DNA of 64,000 nucleotides from Terriglobia bacterium (GTDB lineage Bacteria; Acidobacteriota; Terriglobia; 20CM-2-55-15): NCBI GenBank assembly GCA_963664115.2, contig CAXWPJ010000005.1, positions 224,001 to 288,000 of the forward strand, read 5' to 3'. Shown piece by piece: positions 1 to 9,932 of this stretch (position 1 is its first letter; each line of letters starts with the position of its first letter). The notes under the pieces were generated by a model. It saw only the letters and a program-made list of their open reading frames with translations, ran no database searches and was not told where the DNA came from. The position numbers and the translations under genes were made by a program.

Positions 1-1053
1 GCGGACACGATCCTCGTAGATCCGCATGTAGCCATAGGTCATGACGATCGCATCGATGTTCGGGTTGAGGAAGTCGGGCGACCACTCCATGGCGTCGGAG
101 ACGCTGTTGATGTAGTCCCATCGACCCGTGTTGTAACCGATGAAGTGAGTGCCCAGAGCCGCACGGATCTCCATCAACTGAAAGCAGGCTTCGACCTGCT
201 CGACTAGGACATAGACCTTGATGGCCCCGACCCCCAGGCCCAGGTGTTGTTCGAGCCGGGTCAGCAGGCTGTTCCAGACGGCGGCCTCTGCGGCAGTTTG
301 AATCTTCGGCAGATACAGAACGATAGTCGCTCCAGCCTGACGAAGGCGTTCGTGGTTGTTCACCACGTAGAGCACGGTGTCGACGATGGAAGCCGAGAAT
401 CCGGTTCCGTCCCCGCAGCATACATGGCGGTCGTCGAGGTGGAGGCCCCGTGCCCGGAAGATCTTCGTAGTCAAATCGAGCTGCTTCTCCCAGCTGTCGA
501 TGATAGTGCGGCCGAAGAACTCACGGGCCCAGTCGTTCATGCTTCGAGCGACCTGCTCGGCCGCATCGAGAAAGATAGTGTCCCTGGCAAAGGCCAACTT
601 GAGATTCCTTTGGTTGTCGAGCGACATGGTCGAGACCTGCCCGAGGGCATCCTCGCCGTCGAACATCCATCCGTCCGCACCGGAGAGGAGGGCATAGGCG
701 ACATTGCGGATGCTGCTTTCTATCGCTGCGCGTGGCTTGGCCGCCGGCCCGGTGCCCTGTATCCACTGCCGAGCGAGGTCGTCCGGGATCTCGGACCCCT
801 CGAAATTTCCCTCGCGTGCGTTCTGCACTGTCAAATCGCTGCCCCCGACCATCGATTGGGGGTCCAGGAAGCCTATGTGCTCGTGATCGCGAGCCCTTCT
901 CTGCCGCCGCTCAATGCGCGCAGTCATGACGTCCAGACGCTGCCGGTTCACATCAGCCAGCGCCGACAGGGCGTCCAGTGCCACCGGTGTATAGACATCG
1001 GAGTAGGACTCCCTAAGGTTTTCGCGGATCTTTAAGTCGTTCGTACCGGCCAT
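1..1053 (-). CDS. aceB: Malate synthase (partial, runs off the window edge)
   Basis: Not in the ORF track; translated by hand from ATG at 1053 (MAGTNDLKIRENL..., G-rich RBS upstream). Contains LYLPKIQTAAEAAVWN, IKVYVLVEQVEA and GYNTGRWDYINS, typical malate synthase motifs. Confidence 0.85.
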   Translation of the reverse strand, partial: MAGTNDLKIRENLRESYSDVYTPVALDALSALADVNRQRLDVMTARIERRQRRARDHEHIGFLDPQSMVGGSDLTVQNAREGNFEGSEIPDDLARQWIQGTGPAAKPRAAIESSIRNVAYALLSGADGWMFDGEDALGQVSTMSLDNQRNLKLAFARDTIFLDAAEQVARSMNDWAREFFGRTIIDSWEKQLDLTTKIFRARGLHLDDRHVCCGDGTGFSASIVDTVLYVVNNHERLRQAGATIVLYLPKIQTAAEAAVWNSLLTRLEQHLGLGVGAIKVYVLVEQVEACFQLMEIRAALGTHFIGYNTGRWDYINSVSDAMEWSPDFLNPNIDAIVMTYGYMRIYEDRVR

Positions 1054-1138
1054 CGATACTCCCCCCCTTGGGTTTCATTCTGTTGTTCGTCGAGCAATCA
1101 GGTTACAAACCGGAAAGTGGACGAGGTGAGGTGACCCG

Positions 1139-1168
1139 AATCTGGGAACACACAATCTGGGAACACAC
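1139..1168. repeat. 15-bp tandem direct repeat (AATCTGGGAACACAC x2) in a divergent intergenic region
   Basis: Two exact adjacent copies read directly from the sequence. Confidence 0.85.
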
Positions 1169-1239
1169 TTGGAGCGTTCATTTTTGCCCCCTATGTTTTT
1201 AACTGTACTCCCGTCATTGTCAACCTAAACCTCGAAAGG

Positions 1240-1268
1240 TTGACATGAACGGGGCTTGGAAATACAGT
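1240..1268 (+). promoter_or_regulatory. Sigma70-type promoter for the metallo-beta-lactamase-like gene
   Basis: TTGACA (1240-1245), 17-nt spacer, TACAGT (1263-1268). The -35 box lies in an inverted repeat, TGTCAACCT (1218-1226) / AGGTTGACA (1237-1245). Confidence 0.65.
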
Positions 1269-1332
1269 CGTCGCACTGAATTCGACTGCCACGCGATCTC
1301 AGGCAGCCGGGAATTATGAAGGGAGATGTCCA

Positions 1333-2292
1333 ATGAGGTCCAGGTGGTACCCGGCTCGTAAGCGGCGTGTTGTTTCTTTGGTTTCAAAACTGACCGTCAT
1401 GCTGGCCGCTGCCATGGTGCTCCTGGTGCTGCCGGGGGCGCTTGCCGCGGCGCAAGGACCGCCAGGCCCCAATTCCCGTGCTATCCCGACCCAGCCGTTT
1501 CATGTCATCGGCAACATCTACTTCGTCGGGCCCGTTTCTGAGAGCGGAACGGATCGTTCCGATGCGACTTCCTTTCTGATTACGACACCGGAAGGCCACA
1601 TCCTGATCGACAGCGTATTCGAGGATAGCGTTCCACGTATTCGTGACAACGTGGAGGCGCTGGGATTCCGCGTCGAGGACATCAAGATATTGCTCAACAG
1701 CCACGCCCACACCGACCATATGGCCGGCCACAAGCTGATGAAGGAGCTGACCGGGGCCGAAGTCTATATGTCGGAGGAAGGCGCAGCGGTGATGGCGGAC
1801 GGGGGACGGAGCGATTTCCGGAGTGACGGCCGCCAGTTGTGGGATCCGCTTGAGGCGGACCACATCCTCGAAGATGGCGACTCAGTCACTCTCGGCGGCG
1901 TCACCCTGACGGCACACCTAACGCCCGGTCATACAAAAGGTTGCACCACCTGGACCATGGTCACCGAAGACGGTGGCCTGGGCTACAACGTCGTGATTGC
2001 CGGCGGCGTGCGACCCAACCCGAATGAAACCCTGGTCGGAAACCCGGCATACCCGCAGATTTCCGAGGACTTTCGCAAAGCCTTCCGCACTTTGAAGAGC
2101 CTGTCCGCCGATGTGTTCCTGGCAGTACACGGAAGTTGGTTCCGTCTACCCGAGAAGGCCATCGCCAGGGCAAAAGGCCTCAGTGCCAATCCGTTTATCG
2201 ACCCGCAGGGATACCGGGACTACGTCCGGACATTTGAGCAACAATACCTCGATAAGCTGGAAGCGGATCGCGCCTCTGCGACTGGACGGTAG
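1333..2292 (+). CDS. Subclass B3 metallo-beta-lactamase-like protein, secreted
   Basis: Signal peptide; PFHVIGNIYFVG; NSHAHTDH (HxHxDH); TPGHTKGCTTW; C-terminal LAVH; NPFIDP tail typical of B3 enzymes. Confidence 0.85.
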   Translation: MRSRWYPARKRRVVSLVSKLTVMLAAAMVLLVLPGALAAAQGPPGPNSRAIPTQPFHVIGNIYFVGPVSESGTDRSDATSFLITTPEGHILIDSVFEDSVPRIRDNVEALGFRVEDIKILLNSHAHTDHMAGHKLMKELTGAEVYMSEEGAAVMADGGRSDFRSDGRQLWDPLEADHILEDGDSVTLGGVTLTAHLTPGHTKGCTTWTMVTEDGGLGYNVVIAGGVRPNPNETLVGNPAYPQISEDFRKAFRTLKSLSADVFLAVHGSWFRLPEKAIARAKGLSANPFIDPQGYRDYVRTFEQQYLDKLEADRASATGR

Positions 2293-2471
2293 AATCTACA
2301 CTCATTGACGCATCCGCTTAGAATCGCCTTGGCCGGATCCAGTGCATACCGTAGGTGAAAAAGTGATTGGCCTAGCATCCTCTCCTTCAATTCTTCGAAA
2401 CACTGCTCGTTCATTGGGAGGAATCGACAGCAACGAAGACCGCTCTGTTTCGCCGTAACGCGGCCCTTGAG

Positions 2472-2488
2472 ACTTCTGCCACGGGCTG
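2472..2488. repeat. Orphan IS1182-type terminal inverted repeat
   Basis: ACTTCTGCCACGGGCTG, identical to the IS right end at 7062-7078; followed by CTAG. Confidence 0.75.
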
Positions 2489-2492
2489 CTAG

Positions 2493-3960
2493 TACTACTG
2501 TGTTACAAACGAAGCGGCCCACAGAGCGGACAGCACGGGAGCTGCTGGATGAGGAATCGTGCGATGCGAACGCGAAGTGTGGCAATCGAGCACGGATTAT
2601 GTCGCTCGGGCCGGATCCGGGGCTCCGCGGGGTTTGAAGTGTCTGGGGAGTTGGGGGACGGATAGTCCAACATGCGTGACAAATGCAGAGGGGGAAAAAC
2701 GGTTCCGCTCAGCGACCAGGAACCCATAAGCTGCGATGCATAAAGCGCCATGGTGGTGAAATCCACGCCAGCCGCGACCTTCGTAATGGCCCAGTCCGAG
2801 TTCCTGCTTGAGTTCCTGATAGTCGCGTTCGATGATCCAGCGATGCTTGGCCCGATAGACCAGATTTGAAAGAGAGGTATTGGTCTCGAGACTGGAGAGC
2901 CAGTATTGAACCGGTTCGGATTCGGTCTTGGGCCATTCGATCAACAACCATTCTTCCGGATGGGGCTCGTGGCGCTCATGATCGCGATGAGCCGTGCGAA
3001 TCCGGATTGCGGCGAAGCGGGAGCGCAACGTGTCGGCCGTGCCTTCGCGCCAGGACACGTTCTTCCATTTTTGTCGAGGCAAGGAGAGAGCCAGTTGTTT
3101 GACCGAAACAGGACGATGCTTCTTGTGACGCCTCAACAGCGTCGGCGGGCGCCCCTGGCCGGTCCACGACTTCTTGGGCAGGGGTTGCCGACCGGGCTCC
3201 CAGACCGAGGTCGAGGATTGGATGCCAACCACATAAGGCAGCCCCAGTGCGGTAATCGTCGCGCGAAACTTACTGTCGTTGCCGTAGGCGGCATCGGCCA
3301 ACACGGGAGCCGTCCCCACACCGTCCGCAATCGCCTGTCGGATTTGGTCCAGAGCAATCGCGATTTTGGTCTGGAATCCAACCGCGTCGGGGACACCGGT
3401 CTTCTTGCGGCGTTCGGCATCGTTCGCCCAAAGCTTCGGCAGGTACAGCCGCCATGCCACGGGCAGACTCGATTTCGCCGTCGCTACCGACAGACTGACC
3501 GCCACCCGGCAGTTCTCCTGCTTGCCGACCTGTCCACAGTATTGCCGGGCCACACCTACCGAGTGGGTCCCCTTCTTCACGAATCCGGTGTCGTCGACAA
3601 TCCACGATTCAATCGGACCGTGCGCTTCCATCCCCGGCAACGTCGACTCCCGGACTTGTCGCAATATGGCCGCATCCTCCCAGGGGGCATCCGCCACCAG
3701 GTGATGCAACGACTGATGCATTCGGCGCACATTATCCGGAGCCAATCGCGCCGCCATCGGCTCCACGCTCTTGCGCTTGATTGGCAGCAGCAATCCCTTG
3801 CAGTACCACTTCAGCGGTTCATGACGGTCGGCGTGTCCGGCGGCCGACGCCAGGCGTTCCATATAGGCCGCAAAACGTTCTTCCTGAGTGCCTGGCGCCT
3901 TCGTTTTGGCGCTCATGTGCCAATGCTAACACAAGCTCGTCATTTTGTAACACAGTAGTA
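2493..3960 (-). mobile_element. IS701-family insertion sequence
   Basis: 17-bp perfect terminal IRs (TACTACTGTGTTACAAA / TTTGTAACACAGTAGTA), CTAG duplicated on both sides (2489-2492, 3961-3964), DDE transposase inside. Confidence 0.92.
2597..3916 (-). CDS. IS701-family DDE transposase
   Basis: RKSVEPMA, WIVDDTGFVKKGTHSVGVARQYCG, LADAAYG, RWIIERDYQELKQELGL motifs. Confidence 0.93.
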   Translation of the reverse strand: MSAKTKAPGTQEERFAAYMERLASAAGHADRHEPLKWYCKGLLLPIKRKSVEPMAARLAPDNVRRMHQSLHHLVADAPWEDAAILRQVRESTLPGMEAHGPIESWIVDDTGFVKKGTHSVGVARQYCGQVGKQENCRVAVSLSVATAKSSLPVAWRLYLPKLWANDAERRKKTGVPDAVGFQTKIAIALDQIRQAIADGVGTAPVLADAAYGNDSKFRATITALGLPYVVGIQSSTSVWEPGRQPLPKKSWTGQGRPPTLLRRHKKHRPVSVKQLALSLPRQKWKNVSWREGTADTLRSRFAAIRIRTAHRDHERHEPHPEEWLLIEWPKTESEPVQYWLSSLETNTSLSNLVYRAKHRWIIERDYQELKQELGLGHYEGRGWRGFHHHGALCIAAYGFLVAERNRFSPSAFVTHVGLSVPQLPRHFKPRGAPDPARAT

Positions 3961-4069
3961 CTAGGGATCTTCGAGTTGCAGACGCGAACTGAGGAGCGGA
4001 GCGATGTCTTTTCATCGTGACCGACGAGGGACAAAGCCTGAGGCCCGAACCCCCTGCGCGGCTCTCGAG

Positions 4070-4086
4070 ACTTCTGCCACGGACTG
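4070..4086. repeat. Second orphan IS1182-type terminal inverted repeat
   Basis: ACTTCTGCCACGGACTG, 16/17 match to 7062-7078; preceded by GAG like the copy at 2472. Confidence 0.7.
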
Positions 4087-4295
4087 CTACGCTAAACCTA
4101 AGGCGTTCGGAAGACGCTGTATTCTTTGAATTGATAGAATGCAATGCCGGATTCGAACCCGACTACGGGCGACTGCCCGTAACTGCCAATGACGCGTGCA
4201 CACGTTCACCCGTCGAGGGCGAAGCAGCTGTGTACTGCACGACCGACTATCCAACCGACGAACCATAGTGGACACGAGAGAGTGAAGTCACACCG

Positions 4296-5546
4296 ATGAA
4301 CGACAATCCCCTCCCCAGGCCCGGAGCTCCGCTTCGTTCTCTAGCCATGACGGTCTACGCGCCGACCTTCCTGTTCGCCGTCGGGCAGGGCGCCGTGATT
4401 CCCATCCTGGCGCTGGCGGCACGCGATGTGGGCGCCTCGATACCGGCGGCCGCCGTAATCGTGGCGATGCGCGGGATCGGTGCCATGGCTTCGGACATTC
4501 CCGCAGGCATGATCATCGGTCGGCTGGGAGTACGGCGCGCCATGTCCATGGGGACCGGAGTGCTCATCCTGTCTCTCCTCGGCGCGGTGTGGAGCCCCAA
4601 CACTATCGCATTCGGCGTTTTCATATTTCTGATGGGCAGCGGCTGGTCGGTCTGGCTGCTGGCCCGACTCGCCTACGTCACCGATGTCATGCCACTCCAT
4701 TTGCGAGGGCGCGCGCTATCGACGATGGGTGGCATGAACCGGATCGGAAACTTCATAGGACCCTTCCTTGGCGCTATCTTGATCGCAGTTGTCGGCATTA
4801 ACGGAACGTTCTACCTGCATATGGTGTTTGCCGTCGCTGGCTGGCTGGTCCTGCTGCTGGTGCCCGATCCCCACTCCGTCCCGCACATGCCGGAAGAGGT
4901 TCCGGTGCGTTTCCGGGCCATACTGTCGGAACATGCAAGCGTGTTCGCCACCGCCGGTGCGGCGGCACTCTCGGTCGGCATGCTGCGATCGGCGCGTGAG
5001 GCAGCACTCCCGCTCTGGGGCGAATACATCGGCCTGGATGCCGCTTTGGTGGCGGTGATCTTCGGCATCTCCTCAGGGATCGATATGCTTCTGTTCTACC
5101 CGGCCGGGTCGGCATCCGATCGCTTCGGCCGGAAGTTCGTGGCCATCCCGTGCATATCCATCATGGCCGCCGGATTCATCCTTCTCCCGATGACCTCGAG
5201 CTTCCTCGCCATGGCGCTGGTTGGACTGGTGCTGGGGTTCGGCAACGGCCTGGGCAGTGGAATCATCATGACACTTGGTGCCGATTTTTCGCCATCCCGT
5301 GGCCGCGCCGAATTTCTTGGTGTCTGGCGAACCCTGGGAGATGTCGGCAACGCAATCGGTCCGGCAATCGTTTCGGCGGATACGGCTCTGGCTTCCCTGG
5401 CTGCCGGATCGCTTGTCATCGGAGGGATGGGACTGCTGGGCGCAGGACTCGTGTTTTTCCGGATGCCCGAACCACTCAAGGAACACCTCGAGTCAGTCAG
5501 GGAGCGGCGACAACGGGGGAGAAAGGGGACAGGCACTTCAAACTAA
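4296..5546 (+). CDS. MFS transporter
   Basis: About 12 hydrophobic segments; motif-A-like GMIIGRLGVRR and GSASDRFGRK. Confidence 0.9.
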   Translation: MNDNPLPRPGAPLRSLAMTVYAPTFLFAVGQGAVIPILALAARDVGASIPAAAVIVAMRGIGAMASDIPAGMIIGRLGVRRAMSMGTGVLILSLLGAVWSPNTIAFGVFIFLMGSGWSVWLLARLAYVTDVMPLHLRGRALSTMGGMNRIGNFIGPFLGAILIAVVGINGTFYLHMVFAVAGWLVLLLVPDPHSVPHMPEEVPVRFRAILSEHASVFATAGAAALSVGMLRSAREAALPLWGEYIGLDAALVAVIFGISSGIDMLLFYPAGSASDRFGRKFVAIPCISIMAAGFILLPMTSSFLAMALVGLVLGFGNGLGSGIIMTLGADFSPSRGRAEFLGVWRTLGDVGNAIGPAIVSADTALASLAAGSLVIGGMGLLGAGLVFFRMPEPLKEHLESVRERRQRGRKGTGTSN

Positions 5547-5591
5547 ATACACTCGCCGAGCCACGACGTTGTATGAAGTGTCCGTCCCCTT
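5523..5591. repeat. REP-like inverted repeat overlapping the MFS 3' end
   Basis: AAGGGGACAGGCACTTCA (5523-5540) pairs with TGAAGTGTCCGTCCCCTT (5574-5591), 16/18. Confidence 0.65.
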
Positions 5592-5593
5592 AG

Positions 5594-7078
5594 CAGCCCG
5601 TGGTGAAAGTCAGTTTCATAGTATTTAGAAGAAGGACCGGATGCGACCATATCGCGAGGAACATTGAGGTAAGGAGACCGCGCTATGGGAATGGGACGAA
5701 GAAAGGACCGACAGGAGACGTTGTGGGTGGCGACGGCGGAGTTGCCGCGAACCGCGGGCCACGTGTTCTATGAACGGGTGAACCGAATCCTGAATGAGAC
5801 GAATTTCGACCGGTTCGTCGAGGATGCCTGCGAGAAGTTCTACGCCGCAGTGATGGGTCGGCCGAGCCTGGCACCGGGCAGGTATTTTCGGATGCTGCTG
5901 GTCGGCTACTTTGAAGGGATCGATTCGGAGCGGGGAATCGCATGGCGGTGTGCCGATTCTCTGAGCTTGCGGGAATTTCTGGGATTGGGACTGAGCGACG
6001 CGGTGGCGGATCATTCGACGGTGTCGCGAACCCGACGGCTGATCGATCTGGAAACGCATGGAAAGGTTTTTTCGTGGATGTTGGGCGTGTTGGCCAGTGA
6101 GGGCCTGATCGATGGGAAGACGGTGGGCGTGGATGCATCGACGCTGGAGGCGAATGCGGCGATGCGAACGATCGTGAGACGGGATACCGGAGAAGCCTAC
6201 AACGAGTTCCTGACACGGCTGGCGCAGGCGTCGGGCATTGAGACTCCGACCCAGGCCGAGCGGGCCCGGCTGGACCGAAAGCGCACGAAGAAGGGATCGA
6301 ACAAAGAGTGGGAACATCCCCACGACCCGGACGCGCGAATCACGAAGATGAAGGACGGCCGGACTGATCTGGCGCACAAGGTCGCACATGCCGCCGACAT
6401 GAAGACCGGGGCCATCCTGGCAGTCACCGTGCAGGGCACCGACCAGGGCGACACGACGACGATCAAAGAGACGATGATCGAAGCGGCTCGTCAGATGGAG
6501 ACACTGGCGGCCGATCCTGAATCGAAGTTGCGGGATGATTGCCTCTCCGAAATCGTGGCCGATAAGGGATATCACAGTAACGATACGCTGACCGGTTTCA
6601 GGGACCTCAATATGCGCAGCTACATCTCGGAGCCGGACCGGGGCCGGCGCAACTGGAAAGGCAAGCCCGACGAACAAAAGGCCGTCTATGCGAACCGGCG
6701 GCGGATCCGGGGTGAGCGGGGCAAGCGGTTACTCCGACAGCGGGGACTGATGTTGGAACAACCGTTTGCGCACACGCTGGAAACTGGCGCAATGCGTCGG
6801 GTTCACCTGCGACATCGCGACAACATTCTCAAGCGTGTTCTGATTCAGTACGCTGCGTTGAATCTGAGCCTGATTCTTCGGAACAATTTCGGGAATGGCA
6901 CACCGCGAGGCCTTCAGGGCCAGCATGTCACTGCCTTGTTCACCCTGATACTGCTCTGGAGCCACTATGCAACGCTCTCTTTCGATCGTCACCGCTCCCG
7001 AAACGATTTCGCAGCCGATCCTTCCCGGAACACTCCTGTGAATTCCGGCTCAAAATATGCCACTTCTGCCACGGGCTG
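5594..7078 (+). mobile_element. IS1182 (IS5/IS1182-like) insertion sequence
   Basis: Imperfect IRs CAGCCCGTGGTGAAAGT / ACTTCTGCCACGGGCTG; TTAG duplicated at 5590-5593 and 7079-7082. Confidence 0.88.
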
Positions 7079-7082
7079 TTAG
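5685..7082 (+). CDS. IS1182-family transposase
   Basis: GRPSLAPGRYFRMLLVGYFEGIDSERGI (DUF772-like N-terminus), DHSTVSR, VDASTLEANA, VADKGY; the stop codon is supplied by the TTAG target duplication. Confidence 0.88.
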   Translation: MGMGRRKDRQETLWVATAELPRTAGHVFYERVNRILNETNFDRFVEDACEKFYAAVMGRPSLAPGRYFRMLLVGYFEGIDSERGIAWRCADSLSLREFLGLGLSDAVADHSTVSRTRRLIDLETHGKVFSWMLGVLASEGLIDGKTVGVDASTLEANAAMRTIVRRDTGEAYNEFLTRLAQASGIETPTQAERARLDRKRTKKGSNKEWEHPHDPDARITKMKDGRTDLAHKVAHAADMKTGAILAVTVQGTDQGDTTTIKETMIEAARQMETLAADPESKLRDDCLSEIVADKGYHSNDTLTGFRDLNMRSYISEPDRGRRNWKGKPDEQKAVYANRRRIRGERGKRLLRQRGLMLEQPFAHTLETGAMRRVHLRHRDNILKRVLIQYAALNLSLILRNNFGNGTPRGLQGQHVTALFTLILLWSHYATLSFDRHRSRNDFAADPSRNTPVNSGSKYATSATGC

Positions 7083-7107
7083 AGGAGGCGTCAAGGGTTC
7101 ACACGGT

Positions 7108-8598
7108 TTAACGGTTCAGACTGTAGAGCCCGACTTCCGGGTTACCCCCGCCACTGCAGCCGGTCGCCCCATAGCGCAGGAACTTCTGGATTCGCTGTCC
7201 GGAGTCGACTTCGCCCGTGTAAACGTTCCCCGCCGAATCGACGGCCAGGGCGTGTATCCAATGGAACTCACCGATCTGCCGTCCGGATCGGCCGATCCTA
7301 TCCAACTCGGTGAGGTTCTCCCGGTCGATGACGTAAAATGTGCCGTTGGCCAGATCTCCAACGTAAAGGCAGGTCTGTCCTGGATCGGTGGAGAGCGCGG
7401 CTGAAACCGCTGTACCACTCGCCGTGTGTGGCGCGATCGGAATCTCTCCCACGAAACCGCACTGTCCGGGTTCTGCATCGGGGTTGCTGCACTCTCCTCC
7501 GACTGCGTTTACGTCGAAGATCTGAATGCGGTTGTTACCGCGGTCGCAGGCATACAACAGTCCATCCACACTGAGGCTCGTACAGTGCAGGGGGCTTCTG
7601 AAAAACAGGGGGGTCAGGTCGCCCGCCTGATAGTCAGCGGCCCAGGGGCCGGCGTCATAGGGATCAATATCGGTACCGTCCGGGTCGTCCACCGGGTTCT
7701 GTCCGTAGGCGCCGAAGTGACCGACGTACTGCCCCGTCCCGGCATCCACGATCAGAATGCGCCGGTTTCCATAGCCGTCGGCGATGTACAAACGGTTGGT
7801 CTCCGGATCCACGCTCATGTCCGCCACCAGATAGGGCTGCGGCGTTTGATTGGGGCCGCCGTCGATGTCCTCGCTGTCGGGACCTTCCATGCCGGCGTAT
7901 CCGATCTGGTAGATGAACTCCCCGTCTGCGGTGAACTTCAGGATGTGCGAATCATCCCCGTAGGTGGCCGCCCACGGAAACTGTCCAGTGAAGTTCTGTC
8001 CGTTCCCGGAGATATAGACGAAGTCGTTGTGGTCGACGAAGATTCCGTGCTCGCGACCCGGCCAGAAGCAGCCGTCTGCTTCCCGGCAGTTCTCCTCGAG
8101 AAAGCCGGGATCCGAAGGACCGCCCCAGGCATCGAGCAGATTGCCTGCCTGGTCGAACTTCAGGACTGATGGCGCTGGAACGCAACAGCCCGAAGTCTGT
8201 TCGGCGAAAACCCTGGGATTGCCCAGCCCGTCCACGCTCACACCAGCGTCGTTTGTCCCGGCCACGCCCAGTCCGGCGGCGGCGCTGGACTCCAGTGCCC
8301 GGGGCCGGTGATAGACCCAGATGTTGTCGTTGCCGTCGACTGCGATTCCACCCACCTGGCTGATACGCCAGTTGTTGGGCAGAGGTTTCGGCCAGCCTGG
8401 ATCGACGACGAAACTCGGAGCCGCACTGCCCGAAGGCACCCGGAGCCCGGAACGTTCAACGAGCCGGTCGATGGCACCGGCCTGGTCGAGAAGTATGGCC
8501 CCTTCCCCCTGTTCGCCCTCGGGCGCCGGTCCTTCACATGCGGCGATACCCAGGACCCCCAAGAAAGCGGCGAAAACGATGCGTTGTACCCTTATCAT
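7108..8598 (-). CDS. NHL-repeat beta-propeller lipoprotein (peptidyl-alpha-hydroxyglycine alpha-amidating lyase-like)
   Basis: Lipobox-like IAAC; VDPGWPKPLPNNW, EHGIFVD, YIADGYGNRRI, CDRGNNRIQIF repeats. Confidence 0.8.
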   Translation of the reverse strand: MIRVQRIVFAAFLGVLGIAACEGPAPEGEQGEGAILLDQAGAIDRLVERSGLRVPSGSAAPSFVVDPGWPKPLPNNWRISQVGGIAVDGNDNIWVYHRPRALESSAAAGLGVAGTNDAGVSVDGLGNPRVFAEQTSGCCVPAPSVLKFDQAGNLLDAWGGPSDPGFLEENCREADGCFWPGREHGIFVDHNDFVYISGNGQNFTGQFPWAATYGDDSHILKFTADGEFIYQIGYAGMEGPDSEDIDGGPNQTPQPYLVADMSVDPETNRLYIADGYGNRRILIVDAGTGQYVGHFGAYGQNPVDDPDGTDIDPYDAGPWAADYQAGDLTPLFFRSPLHCTSLSVDGLLYACDRGNNRIQIFDVNAVGGECSNPDAEPGQCGFVGEIPIAPHTASGTAVSAALSTDPGQTCLYVGDLANGTFYVIDRENLTELDRIGRSGRQIGEFHWIHALAVDSAGNVYTGEVDSGQRIQKFLRYGATGCSGGGNPEVGLYSLNR

Positions 8599-8822
8599 AG
8601 TCTCTATCCTCCCCGACGTTGGACCCCTTCAACCAAGCTTTCGACATGTACGCTGATGGGGACAGCGACAGTGTAGAACGCCGGCGGAGCATTGGCAATA
8701 TCGAGCAACGCAACATTTACGGTCAACGTGATGAAGCTTGATCTCATAGTGAAAACCTGATAATTCGTGGCACGGGAACCGTATACAGTTTTCCTCAGTA
8801 AACGTTTTCAAAGGAGATCACC

Positions 8823-9923
8823 ATGCCGCGCGTATTTCGAGTGGTTTTGCTTCTGGTAGTCGGCTCCATCGCACTGGGTGTGATCGGGGGGAGTCAAATC
8901 CAAGCCCAGTCGACTACAAACCCATACCGCGTCACCTTCGATTGGGCGCAACTTCCCGATGGCAGAGAAATGGGGACGGTGAGCGGCGTCTTTCCCGATC
9001 CCGATGGCCAGCACCTGTGGATACTCGACCGCTGCGGCGCGAACCAGTGTGCCGGAACCGATCTGAATCCGATAATGAAGTTCGATCTTGAGGGGAACCT
9101 CGTCGACAGCTTCGGAGCCGGGCTCTTCGCCTTCCCCCACGGCTTCTTCCTCGACCATGAGGGTTTCCTCTGGGTGACCGAGGGGGGGTCTCATGGGGAC
9201 GACCGGGCCACGCTGGGCGAGAGCATGGGCATCGGGCATCAGGTTCTCAAGCTCAATCAGCAGGGCGAGGTCGTCATGCGATTGGGCGAGGCCGGAGTCT
9301 GGGGCGATGGCCCCGACCATTTCAACGGGCCCTCCGGAGTCGTAGTGGCGCCCAACGGAGACATCTGGGTGGCCGACGGACACCGCGGCGGTAACAACCG
9401 CATCGTCCGGTTCAACAGCGACGGGGCTTTTCTCGTCGCAGTCGGCGGGGGCGTCGGCTCCGAGAGCAAGGAGGCGGCCCGTTTCAGCGATCCGCATGAC
9501 ATCAAAATGGATTCCCAGGGCCGGGTCTATGTCGCCGATCGCGGTAACAGCCGTATCCAGGTGTTCGACCCGGAGGGCACGCTCCTTTATATATGGACAC
9601 ATTTTGGCAAGCCCAGCGGTCTGTTCATCGATCGCAACGACATCCTCTACGCGGGCGATGGCCTGTCCGGTAGCGTCCGCACGGGCCCCCCGGACAACTG
9701 GCGGAGCAACCTGGGGTGGGAGAAAGGCGTACGGATCGGAGACCTCAAGACAGCGCAGGCCTGGGTGACGCATTTCATTCCGCAGCACGACGAAGACGTG
9801 GGAGCCGGGATCGAGTTTCTTGGGGTGGATTTCGACGGCAACATCTATGCCGGTGAGGTCGCACGCCGGCGTCTGGTGAAGTACATCCCCTATAGACCAC
9901 CCGAGGTGAGAGGTGCGCCGTAA
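8823..9923 (+). CDS. Secreted NHL-repeat protein (PAL-like)
   Basis: Signal peptide; FPHGFFLD, FNGPSGVVVAPNGDIWVADG, PHDIKMDSQGRVYVADRGNSRIQVF. Confidence 0.85.
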   Translation: MPRVFRVVLLLVVGSIALGVIGGSQIQAQSTTNPYRVTFDWAQLPDGREMGTVSGVFPDPDGQHLWILDRCGANQCAGTDLNPIMKFDLEGNLVDSFGAGLFAFPHGFFLDHEGFLWVTEGGSHGDDRATLGESMGIGHQVLKLNQQGEVVMRLGEAGVWGDGPDHFNGPSGVVVAPNGDIWVADGHRGGNNRIVRFNSDGAFLVAVGGGVGSESKEAARFSDPHDIKMDSQGRVYVADRGNSRIQVFDPEGTLLYIWTHFGKPSGLFIDRNDILYAGDGLSGSVRTGPPDNWRSNLGWEKGVRIGDLKTAQAWVTHFIPQHDEDVGAGIEFLGVDFDGNIYAGEVARRRLVKYIPYRPPEVRGAP

Positions 9924-9932
9924 TCAATGACT

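Noticed and set aside
244-1035. 263-aa plus-strand ORF
   Set aside because: Antisense shadow of the malate synthase gene on the minus strand.
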